Made by a program: the position numbers and the translations under genes. The notes below the pieces were generated by a model, which worked only from the letters and a program-made list of their open reading frames with translations, did not search any database and was not told where the DNA came from. Shown one piece after another: positions 13,201-24,162 of a stretch of 64,000 nucleotides of DNA. Position 1 is the first letter of the stretch. Each line of letters begins with the position of its first letter. This DNA comes from Raillietiella orientalis (lineage: Eukaryota): contig JAYWIR010000056.1 of the NCBI GenBank assembly GCA_036172245.1, positions 496,001-560,000 on the forward strand, given 5' to 3'.

Positions 13201-16200
13201 GAAACAATCCCATGGTCCCTACTACATCACAGGCGCCGTGGTAAGAAGGGCAAAAATGCGGAGCGCCAACTTACTATTGTCTGCTGCCAACATCTTACAA
13301 GGGGTTATCAAGAGAGAGATCGGGATCAGGAACTGCTGCAGAGTACCCACCTGAACTTGCCTCTACATCTTGGAGAAGATGGAGGATGTGACCCAAGTGA
13401 GTGGACTGCCCACCGGACCCTAATGCTCCCAGCAACAACAACAACGAAGAAATTATCTTCTGGAAGGTGAACGAAGACAGTGACACCTTGTGACTTGAAG
13501 TATGTGCGCAGGAACACTCGACGAAGTGTGGGAATGTAATTTTTATTTGAAAGTTGTACAATAAATGCGCTTCTCCGTAAGTAGGACTGGGGACAGTCAG
13601 GTGAGCCAGTCTGGGAGTGATGAGCACAAGGAAGCGAGACGCAAAAAATCCACAAGCAATGCAAAAAGTCCAAGGTACAGCGGAAGAAGATGTACCTGTG
13701 GGAATGTTGGGGATGGCGGATGCTGCTAGTGTATCGGCTGCTGTCGAAATACGTCTGCGCAAGAAATGCGGAGGAAACTTTTAAATATGCAGCAAAAGTG
13801 TTTTCCGAGAGAGAAGTTGATGCACAACTCTATGTTTCAGCACATGCAACAACCTGGAAGCAACGGGAGCCAATCGATGGAGCCAGTCGGTGGCACTGGA
13901 GCCAAAACCATGACGCTCCACGTTTTAGAAAGCACTTGAACCGAAAGCAGACGAAGATGCTTCGAGAGCTTCGATTCGCGACGCTGACAAGAAGGCAAGC
14001 GGTTTCCAGGCTCAGTCACGAGCAAGTGGAGATTACGACTCTGGTCGCTCGCAGTGTACGTTCGCGCCGTCCATCCTTCCAGAAAATTCGATTTCTTACC
14101 TTCTTGTCTTTTATGCACAGTTCGAGACATTGGAACTGGCCGAGGCGCTTCTTCCAGTATTCCAGCTCGCTCTGGGGTCCCTCATCTGGAGACAGCTTGC
14201 GCAACTGGCTGCCCTCAAGAAGGAACTACCTGTGGTCAGTGGGCGGCAGCCGGGAGTCTTTTCTCACCAGCTGAACTCTCTCCACGCATCGGGCGAGGAA
14301 TTTCTCCAGCAGACCCGTGCGACACCTGTCGTTCCTCAGGTCCAGGAGCTTCAGCTGATCCTGCAGGTCGTCGATCTCCTGAGGAAAGTCCTCCAGCAGG
14401 ATCTGGTCCGTGATTATCTGCTTGCACACTGGGGAGCGCACTGTGACCGACGGAAGAGAGATCCACGGAGAGGGCCCACCTGAGAGGATGCTCGAGTTCG
14501 ACAGGATGCTGATTAGCAGATCCGAGACCACGACTTCGTTGAGGGAGCGCGTCTCTTGCTGCTGCAGCGTCTCCAGGAACGCTCGCGACGCCGGAAAGTA
14601 AACTGACTTGAAGAGTTCGGACACGCTCGAATACATAGAAGGCATCTCAGCAGGGAACTTTCCGAAACACACGTCCTGGGGGAAGAGGCAGAGGACATGA
14701 GGAAGCACGGCGCATTTGCTGCGCGGGACCGCTTTCTGGGAACGCGCGAGGTCTCTGCTTCCAGGTCCGTTGCTGCTGCCTTGAAGCGCAGGCCAGCGAC
14801 GGACTCGCGATTTTTCAAACCCCACACATTTTCCATTCCCCGTTCCCGGGCTTTTTTCAACAGGAGGTGTCCGTCATGATTCTGTCTTCGAGACCTCGCG
14901 AACAAGGACGCGCCTTAAACATATGAGCTGGACTTCAGGTCGGTCTCCAGGCTGGTGGATGAACCAGACCAGAGGGCGACCAAATCCCACGGTGGCAAGA
15001 CCTGGGAAGACAGGAGAGTGGCGGCCGACGAGCGGTTCCATCTCAGCTAACTCGAAGAGGTCTCCTGTGAGAGTGGAGTGAAGGAGGATGATCAAACGCT
15101 GCTCCCGTGCCGCCTCTTCCCTCTGGGAAATGCCCTCATCCGAGACACCAGGGAGACCGCCTCCCGCAGTCCGGCGAGGCAGGACCAGCCAGAATCCAGA
15201 GTGAGGGATAAAAAGAGCTCACCAATCTCGGAGGAGCGTCCTTGCGGGAACTCGCGATTCAGCTGCATGGTGACGTTAGGAGGTACTTCATCCCTATTAT
15301 GCACTTTCCCTTTTAGAAGATTCTTGTTTCCTTAACGGTCTGCCCTTCCGGTGAAGGTCATTCCCATAAGGTCCAATGAGTGTGATCAATAAAAATCAAT
15401 AAAGGAGTAAAGGAGCATCCACGGGTAGAAGTGTCTCTTTCGGGTACTTGCGTCATCAGGGCGAAGCCAAATTCTTCTCCATAAAAGGCGAGATGGACTC
15501 TGAGTCATTTTCAAGGAACCGGGAAACACCAAGGAGGAGCTCCGGAAAATTGCATGCGAGACGAAAGGATCCCTTTCGGTTCAGCGTTCGAGAGCCATGA
15601 TAGCTTGTTCGACGTTTCTCCTTCCAGATCATTATAGTTTTTGCCTAAAAAGCGTCTACCACGTCGTGAAACGTTCAAGATGGCGCCATCTCTTCCAGAA
15701 AGCTCGCTGCTTCTTTACACTGACCATGCATCTACCGCGCGATTTCTTCAACAGCAAAAATGATCGTTCTTTGAGATCCTGTGGTCCAATGGGGATTTCC
15801 TTTCCCTCCTCTCACAGCTCTTCAAAACGTCCGAACCCACCTAAATGCTAAGATTTCCGGACCACAGCCGCCTCTGGACTCCGTAAGGATCCCGGAACAG
15901 GAAACTCGAGTGAGCGACTTTCATGAAAAATCCTATCTTTATAGAGCATAATTGGTAGCGCCTCGTCTTACTGCGAGGTCTGCTCATCCTTCTGGAGCGA
16001 CACAAGGAGTTCAGAAACGTTTAACGTGCAGGAACCAAACGCGAAAAGCGTTCTGGCGGCTGTGTGACTGCGGTCTCCGCGCCACGTGGCACCGAGCGTC
16101 GCTGGTTCGAATCGCTACCGGAGAAGGATCGATGCCGAGAAAGAGAGTGTGTCGTGGGTTTCGAGTCCCTATTACAGGACGACGACGCTGGTTGGCCTGT

Positions 16201-19092
16201 TCGGGTGCGGCATTGGCAAAAGCCTTAAACTCACGGATGACCCCGTTGACTGGATGGGGTTGGAAGTGGACCCTCCGGGGTTCTTCAAGGAATCAAGGAG
16301 CCCCTCGTGGTTCCCCTCCGGTTGTGAAAATGGAGCCGTCCCTCCCTTTCTCGGAGGGAGACTCAATCGCGTGCCATGGAGCTGGCTGATACCCCTCTCG
16401 GGAGAGGGTTGCCTCTCCAGAGTGCAAGAAGCTCTCTGCTCTCTTTGGAGAGCACACTTAAGCGAAATTTGGAAGCGTCTTTCTAGGGTTCTCGTAAGAG
16501 GAGGAAGCAAGGAGCGGTTATCTTGAGGGTAACTCCTAAACAAGATATGCAGGAGCGGATCCTTTCCGGGTTTCCTTAGAAGAAGAAACGTGTTGCCCCT
16601 ATCCGGAGAACTCTTCTCACTGGACTCCGTGCGAGGCACGCGGGAAGGCATAGATGAAGATCGAAATCCTTAACAAAGATGGATAGTGGCACCGTCCAGA
16701 ATTCGTAAATACTGACGAAAAAAAAAAGACATGAGAAGATCATCCCGTGGTACTCTGGTGGAAGCTTTCGCAAAAACTCGTTGTGATCAATAGTTGGGTT
16801 GCCCCTGTAGCCTTCCTAAAAGAGTGGTTGGAACGCGTTCAGGTCAAGAAGCGAAACCGGTACGGAGCAAAAGGTGCGGATGGAGCTCCTGGGAAATCGG
16901 GCTCCATCCACGTGCACGTGCCTACGAAAGCACAGCCTCCAAAGTCTTTGAACAGTTCACTGGAGACTGAATACACTGTTGTACCAACTGCGGAAGAAAG
17001 GCGGCAGAATGGAACGCGACTTCCAAAGGGGAAAAAGTTCGCGAGAGGTGATAAAGGAAGTGGCGAAGTGTCTATGGTATGCCCTTTGGGGTTGATGTAA
17101 GGGGAACATTGCGACATGGGATGCAGCTATTCTGTTAGCACCCGTCTTCTCCATGAGAGCAGGATCCTCCCAGCCAATAGGATTTCTGGCGCTAATCAAC
17201 AGTGAAACAACCAAAAAAAAAGGAAAAAAGAACTCCAGTCGAGTAGATGGAGGAACTGGAAAGCGCTCGAGTCCAGAAGGATAAGAAATCGCTAAGCGCA
17301 CAGTTCTTTCTCATGATCACGAAACTTCTCGGTAGGTGGGAAGCAGTTGGTGGTGGAAGGTCTTCCCGCTGAAAAGGAACCACCTGACGCGGAAAGGCAC
17401 AATTTAGTCGTTCTAAGATGCTATGAATCGGTTTGTACCAGAGTTCTGATGCAGTGGACTCGCGGCAGCGGAGTTTAATTCACCGCAGCCGATGGGGACA
17501 ACGGGCAATCGGGCAAAAGAGATGGTCTTCTACGGCTTACCTTGTGAACCGTTTCGGGAGCGATGGATTTGCCTGCATTGCGCCGGATGATGAACAGGAA
17601 CGATCCCTCAGTCAGAGGAACGCTTTGTTCGCGTATGGAAATCAATTTGCTCTTTTCAGGCAGGGGAGATGATTTTGCCGGAATGGAAGTTCTGCTCCCC
17701 GTCTTTGATATCTCAGAAGCATTACATTCAGACTTTGGTTCTTGATAGAAGTAGACAAGTGTTTCTTGATCGAAGGAGCAGGAATTTAAGAACAAGACGA
17801 TGTCTTTCATCTGCAAAGATTTCAACATCAGAACAAACTGCACAAATATCTCTGGCAGCATGTGAAAGACTAGAATATCTTTCTGATAGACAGCATCCAC
17901 AGTGGCCGCGCTGCAAAAATGCTGTTCACTGGAGTCTGACCGTCATTCCTGTAGTTAAAAGATTACAGCATTTGATTGAGCATCCAGCAAAGTGGATGCT
18001 CACTCTAAAAGAGGAATCAGATATCTAAAGCAGTTTTTCTCGGAACTAGAGTTTCATTTAGGAATAGAGTCTGATACTTCCAGGGATTCGGGCTAAACAT
18101 ACATGGACGCTTGTATGGAGTCCATGGCATTACTGTCCGCGAACAGTTGAAATGCTTCACATGGTCTAAATTGCAAAAGAGTACATTATTATTAAAAAAC
18201 CGTACGAAGAAAGTTTCGTAGCCGAGAATCGAAAGAAAGCTTCTCCGGTATACGTCTTGGAGGCCTTGACATGGCCGACCTCGGAAGTGCTTCTTGGGTG
18301 AGCTGTTTTGCCACGAGCGAATGGTGAGAGACAAAAGAAAAATGAGGCATACTCTCGCCATAATGAGTTAACAGGTGCATATGCTTGTACAGTAAATGCT
18401 CCAGATCTCTCGAAAAAGAGCAGTGCCCTTGTACCTCAGTGGCTATACTGATCAGCCACCGGCTATCTGTGCCACCAATTTGGTTCCAATCCATACAGTG
18501 TGTGTCTCTGCGGAAGCGACCGCTTGCGGCATGCAAGGGATCGCACAGCGACGTGCTTTTCTTTTTTTCTATTTTGGCTTGCCCAGCTGGTAATTCTGAG
18601 TCGCTTGGTGACTTCTAGAGCACCAAGAGACTCAGACTTTGTGTGTTTGCAAAGTGTCGGAAATGTCGCGCGGGGGATCTTCTCTTTACGTTTTGTTACC
18701 TCGAGTCTGAACGAAAAACTTGGCGAGTTTTTCCCTTTTTCGACAGGTCGCGTTCGCTCAAGAGAAAGACACGTAACGTACATGCGGTCTGAGAAGCTCC
18801 CTCACTTCCGTCTTGTTGAGACCAAGCTGCACGCAAAGGATTTGCAAGATGTACTGCAGGCTGAAATCATCGGATTTTCTCAGCTTGTCCTTCCCTTTGT
18901 TGACGCATGAGGAATCCTGAAAATGCAAAGGAGAGACTCCTTCCGGCATCCGCTCGCTCGGAAAGGCCTTCCCCCGAGCTCGCACTGACCTCTTCTAAGT
19001 CGCACTGCAACGCTTCGCTGTCTATATCCTCTCCGTTGTCTGCGATGTCTGGAGTCCTGCAAGACGCTCTGGAGAAGTCGGTCTCTTGCACT
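1203..19092 (-). CDS. DNAH5: Axonemal outer-arm dynein heavy chain (DNAH5/DNAH8-like), N-terminal tail (DHC_N1) region. Partial: first exon not found and the gene continues past the left edge.
   Basis: Phase-consistent GT-AG exons on the minus strand: 18990-19092, 18782-18916, 17541-17810, 14480-14675, 14268-14428, 14100-14225, 9414-9578, 3915-4022, 2453-2759, 1966-2159, 1725-1905, 1469-1656, 1203-1409. The peptides follow the DNAH5 order as I recall it: LGLNKTEV, EGPQSELEYWKKRL, VKYIYTLERHC, YNTAEKISIFFLKVNNEVIRACVRYIT, SEHGVFGRL, ELTVNFDQ. DNAH5 and DNAH8 cannot be told apart by eye. Confidence 0.88.
4794..5051. repeat. AT-rich repeat of the MITE-like family, ending in a perfect 19-bp inverted repeat
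   Basis: Abrupt AT-rich island in a GC-rich intron, starting CAAAATTCCGAAATATC and homologous to 11570-11780. Hairpin arms at 5008-5026 and 5033-5051. Confidence 0.55.
7220..7985 (-). mobile_element. tRNA-derived SINE copy in a dynein intron
   Basis: Reverse-complement B-box at 7943-7953. Segment 7366-7814 is the reverse complement of 28595-29043. Confidence 0.85.
8720..9150 (-). mobile_element. Degenerate SINE copy
   Basis: Reverse-strand B-box GGGTTCGAACTC at 9101-9112. Downstream GGGTGCGTCGCGGGACCCGAGTC...CAGGACGGCGCTGATTGACC resembles the family head, followed by hairpin-unit-like body sequence. Confidence 0.5.
11340..11840. repeat. AT-rich repeat of the MITE-like family
   Basis: Shares CAACTTATTAATTTTATTAAT and downstream blocks with 4894-4990, and GATCATAAACAATAAAT with 23833. 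Ends in GATATTTCGGGATTTTG, a TIR-like motif. Confidence 0.55.
12975..13125 (+). mobile_element. Non-LTR retrotransposon (L1/Tx1-like) ORF2 C-terminal zinc-knuckle fragment
   Basis: One frame reads SLMLYHECILSGSRMKHWTGNCQDELCKACKARENQLHILTCPTL, a CxxC...E...HxxxC pattern of the zf-RVT type. An in-frame stop follows. Confidence 0.55.
16055..16620 (+). mobile_element. tRNA-derived SINE copy, 3' part truncated or decayed
   Basis: B-box GGTTCGAATCG at 16104-16114, then GATCGATGCCGAGA, GGATGACCCCGTTGACTGGATGGGGTT and CCGGTTGTGAAAATGGAGCCGTCCCTCCC, all shared with the 28370 copy. Confidence 0.8.
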
Positions 19093-19439
19093 CTATAACG
19101 ACAAAGAATAGTCAGCATCCCCTTGAAGGAGGCTGCATTTCGTCCACGCTTCTGGACGTACGGGCCAGACTCTGCATGGTCAGACAGCGTGGAGACTGTT
19201 GCTGTCCATCAGCGCCCGCGGAACAGGTGTCTGCTCTCTTGTCTTAAGAGGAATTCTCAATTGCCTGCACTCAGCCTTCCTCAGCTCCGCACAGAAGATG
19301 CATTCTCGAAACGAATGGCGCGCACGAGATTCTCAGCAAAAAAACAGGCCAATCTTCTGCATGAGGGTGAACTCGAAAGCTTGTGCCCACCAGAGTGAGC
19401 GCTTACGAATTTCATCCCTGTTCAAAACGACCTATCACT

Positions 19440-19910
19440 CCCGTTTCTCTGCGGACGTCCTCTGGAGGAACCACTTTGACTACTTTGTCTCCATCATCCC
19501 TACAAAAATGCACCTACTCATACTTTGATGGAATCACTGTCGAAAACCATTAGCAGTAACTTGGAAAACTTTTGCATCCCATCAATCAAAATCCTCGTTA
19601 CCACCTATCTAAAACCCTTCTCAAACCCATCCGGTCCTTCATGCACTCTGAGCATCCCCATTAGCCCATCCACCCACATCATTCTCATCGGTCGCCTTAC
19701 TGTGACTGTCAAGACAACTCCACTATACTCCCTAGCCCTCCGTTACTTGAAGGAGATCCTGGTAGCCCTATCGCCACTCTCCCACCCCTGAAAAGCACAG
19801 GACTCGAGATTCGGCCCCTATCACGAACCCTACGGCGGGCAGCCAAAATGGATACCGGTCACATTGTCAGTGGAGTATCCACCCACTTCAGCCAACCTCA
19901 TTCACAACCA
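19440..19910 (+). mobile_element. Decayed LINE AP-endonuclease-like fragment
   Basis: ORF 19525-19791 has ILVTTYLKP...THIILIGRL, resembling the IY.PP...IILGDFN spacing of APE domains. An upstream, frameshifted DVL..E.H-like motif is present. Catalytic residues are degenerate. Confidence 0.3.
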
Positions 19911-20999
19911 CAGTTCGTGCAATGCCTTATTGCAGCCTTCATAAAGTCTTCTCCGCTCTCCCCCCAAAAGTGAGCGCAGCATCAGTTCACCGCGAAGCTG
20001 AGGGTGCAGTGCTCCCAGTCTGTGAATCCTCATCCTAATGGATCCGTTGGTGCCGTAAAGTGTCGGGGGAGAAGACGAAGTCGACCCTTTGGCCAGATTC
20101 ATCTCCTCTCCAATAAGCTGTGCGCTCCTACCCCTCCCTCCCTCTCTGACGAAGCCCTCTGACGAAGACGAAGCCAGACCGTACTTGAGACAATCTCCCC
20201 AACACACATAACCTTGCTCACGGGCAGTACCGCCGCCGCTGAACTTCAGGGAGGCGCGATTATTGCTAGTTGAAAACTAAACCATACCCGTCTCCAAAGC
20301 TGAAGATCGCGACGTCTCTCACGCGATGCTACGCAGCACTGCGTCAGAGAGGCACGTGACAAACCCAGCAGCATCCGACCTCCTCCAGCGCTGGCAGAAG
20401 GCATATGGAGGAGCTTCAATGCACCTGGGCATTCTCCTCGGACGCTCCTAGGGGTTCCGCTGCCTTGAACGAACAGAGCCGATCTCTGAGGAGAGGACGG
20501 TCATGCGCGGCTTCCTCAGTGAGGACAAGGGAAGTGGAAGCTGCGCAGTATCTGAGCTCTTCGTCTCAAGCGGCGGGGCTGCGCGTGCAAAGAGGTCCCG
20601 AGAGGACATTTTCTGGGCTCTCCCGAGATGAGGAGACGGGAAGACCCCACAAGAGGAGGAACTCTCACGACCAGGGTTCAGCCCGGGAAGACTGCACTGG
20701 TCCAAATTCGAGGAAGCTGGGAGCTGGGCGTTAAGGTGTTCCGATCGACCAGAGCAGATGTTGCAGTTCCCAGTTCTCTACGTCTCCCTTGGACCCCCGC
20801 CATACACTGAGATGAGGAGAAGGCTTCCAAGAAGGCCTTGTGACGCTAGGAGGCCGGAAATGCTGGCACGTGACTTATTTCGGAAAAAAAAGTCCACAGC
20901 CCTCCAGCTGTAACCATCCCTGCAAGGGATTGTTATAGCCGGAGGTGGTATTAGTGAAAAAGAGGGAAAAGCAACATCGAAAGTTTTTTTTTTTGAGGA

Positions 21000-21430
21000 A
21001 GGGGGGGAAGGGGGAACTCCGAAGATGGAGTCCGTCCCCGTTTTCTCCTGGAAAGGAATCCGGAAAGGAACCTCTCTTTATTTACTCCTGGGAAGGGCTT
21101 CTCTGTAGGAAGACCACACTTCCAGCACATTGGAGAGGAGCTCCCGAGGGTAGAGTAGACTCCCTGACAAACCTCAGAGCTACTTCGAAGCTCCGTGACT
21201 CTTAGAAGGACCCAGAGGGGGATCTCTCACAATCCCGGCTAGCTAACGGGGGATCCCGGTTTCCAAGGCGCACAAGCGCCATTCCAGCCACACCTGAAGC
21301 CAACCAGCGTCCTGCGAGGGTCTCGAATCCCATGACACACCCAGTTCTCGGCGTCGATCCTCCACAGGGGTATTTGAACCCTCTGCGCTCGGTGCTGCGC
21401 GCGCATGCTGCAGTCACACGGCCGCCCTAG
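21000..21430 (-). mobile_element. tRNA-derived SINE copy, old and internally deleted
   Basis: Minus strand reads GGCGGCCGTGTGACTGC...CACCGAGCGCAGAGGGTTCAAATACC...GGATCGACGCCGAGAA, and later TTCCTTTCCGGATTCC and ACGGACTCCATC, as in the other copies. Confidence 0.65.
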
Positions 21431-23801
21431 CCATCGGAAGGTCCTCATGATGGACTAGGATGAGATCGGTTTGTAGAGACGCGCGTCGAAGACACCGGTG
21501 TTACGAATAGCTTCCCGGAATCCGCAAGTAAGCAGGACTTCTCAAGTGATTGCCAATGGTCCGTGGGTTTTCAACGATTTTCCTGCGAATTCTTGCCCAT
21601 TCCCTGAGAGGAATGCCTCCGGTCGGCGCAGCCTGTGCTCGTTCTGCAGCTTGAGGGTCTTTTAGGCTAGGGGCTCAGACTATCGCATCTTGACTCACTC
21701 GGGAAATTGACGTTGCGCTTTGGGAGCATCCAGCACGGGAAGCCCTACTGCTGGAGGCATGTACCGCTACGTTAAATTCCAGAAGACGAGGAGTCATTAG
21801 GGCAGCTTGCTTTGAAGCACTGACCGCGGTGGTCCACAGGAAAGCGCGTATTTTTCACGGAGATTCTCACAGAGCACCTGCTGCCATCTCCAACATCATC
21901 AGTTGAAGCATCAAAAGAACCCCAGCGTGAAACTCTCAGCATCGCATCCTCTGCTGCATACACGGGGGCCATCACAAGACAATCTCCTGGGAGATTCGGC
22001 AGATGCGTTGCTCGGCGGGGCTATCGAGAAACGCCATCTCACTCGAAAACACGACCGCGCCTACCTTATAGGCGCCATCTTCGATGGAGTCCTCTGAGCG
22101 GAAAGCATGCAGCCTTCCTGCACACAAGAAAGCGGTGATGCTGCTGTTCAAGCGGATCGCCGCCGGATACGCTCGCGCTGGCACGGAAGAAGCCACGCCT
22201 GCATATTCCGAAGCGAGAAACTTTCGAACGGCCTCACAGAGCCAAAGGCAAAAGGTCAGAAGATGACGGGAGTAGAATGGGGAATGACAGATGGATGGAA
22301 GAACTCCAGACTTTGAAAGACGCATTTATATCCGAGGATACGGATATAAAAGCGTATATGAATCAAAACCGGACAAGAAGAACCGATGACGATGCTTAAG
22401 ATTAGATCCTGGAAATGAACCAGCACTGCCGCGAGTTCGGTACGAAGAGAAGAGTCTGTCTCCGTCTTTGGAGCACAAGACTCACCATGGATGCCTCCTT
22501 CGAAAAGCATTCTCGTTTGGAGGATTTCTGTGCTCTGCCTAGGGTGTCAGGTATGATGACGACGGTGCGTGAGTTGGCGAGATTTGCGAAAACGCAGACT
22601 CCCTCTCGAGATCGAACGGCTATTGGTCTACGCGCAGCAGCATCTCAAATGCAAAAACTCTCTTTCCCGTAGCCTCCCCCGTGGAAAGTTTGCAGATGGC
22701 TTTCGAGTAAGGGACCCCTTCGTTATGGTCTTTCCCATAGTCCATTGATTTTGCACATCTTGGTGCACGAATTTCTTAGCCCAACTTCATGAAAAAATTC
22801 TCCACTCACTTGAGCTGAGAGGATTCAGTCTTGGCCTGGTTCATCCTCACTGAATCAGGAACTTTGGAGCAGCAGCAGGCAGCACAAGATTCCCTGCACG
22901 GTAGGGAGCAAGCAGAGAATGCTTGCATGTCCTCCTTGAAATGTCACGACAGTCATTAGAATGATCAAACTACCTAGGATACTATGGAAACGAAATGATA
23001 CTCCTCAGGGAACTATTGCTTGGGAAGGATTCCGAGCAACTCATCGTAAGCTTTCCTTGCCGCGAACGCCTCGCCAGCATCCTTCCGTCCAGTGAAACCA
23101 GGCTGAAGGAGATTTCGAAAGAAACCCTTCCATCCTTATGAAAATGGCGAATTGCCCTGTGGGCACATTAAGGATGTAGTATGTTACTTGTCTCCCAGCT
23201 TCAGTATTCCACCCTCAATCCTCGAGAAATTGACACGACTATAAACACAGTCCTGTCATTTTTCCCCCCCGTGACTGGTGACCCCAGTGTGATTCTGAGG
23301 AGACCCATGCGAACTGTGGTCTGTTTCGGGGGAGAGCTCAACATCACGGTCTGCTTGGAGTGAGGAAGAGGATGACTTTCACACACGAGCGGAGCCACTT
23401 TCTTCCATTTAAAACCTATAGTGATCCATTTTTTTCCCTTTCACATCACAAGAGTGTTCTCTGAGTCTTTCACTGGCCTCACCATGAGGTGGATCTGAAC
23501 CTCTCTCCAGCTGACAGTTTTGGAGAAGTGCTCAAAGATAAATAAAGTAGATGGGAACATCAGCTTCCATTCCCAAGCTATCCATTGTATCTATGAAATA
23601 GGAAACCATTAAATAGGGGGAGTAACAAGAGTGGAAATCATTAGAGAACACCTGATTCCTGCTCGTTGGATGAAGGTTGCAGAAAGATTTGGAACAAAGA
23701 ATTCCGAAAAAAAAAAAAAACACAAACAAATTGAAAAAAATCGAGGGTCTCCCCAAGCAGTTTTCGGTTGTACATGGCTCTAGGGTCGCGAAGAGTTTGG
23801 C

Positions 23802-24162
23802 TCAAAACCCCGAATGTCGAAATCTCCAAAAGATCATAAACAATAAATATGTATATGTTTATTGTACATATATAGTACATATATTAAATGAAAAAATAAA
23901 TATCAAATTCATAAACATATATGTTGTTTTTTTTTGTAATTTAAACATCAAATGAATATAGTATGAATTATCTTAATAATATGTATGCTAATAAATATCA
24001 GTAATCATACCTTAGTATAATAAGTATACCTTAGTTACCATTAATAATATGTATATCAATAAATGTTAATGAACATACATGTTAAAATAAATTTGTTTGT
24101 TAATCTATATGTGCATATACATTATTTTTATATCTTTCGAGTTTTCGGGCCTCCGGATTTTG
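23802..24162. mobile_element. AT-rich MITE-like element with imperfect terminal inverted repeats
   Basis: The left end TCAAAACCCCGAATGTCGAAATCTCCAAAAGAT resembles the reverse complement of the right end (TCAAAATCCGGAGGCCCGAAAACTCGAAAGAT). The interior shares GATCATAAACAATAAAT with about 11433. Confidence 0.5.
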
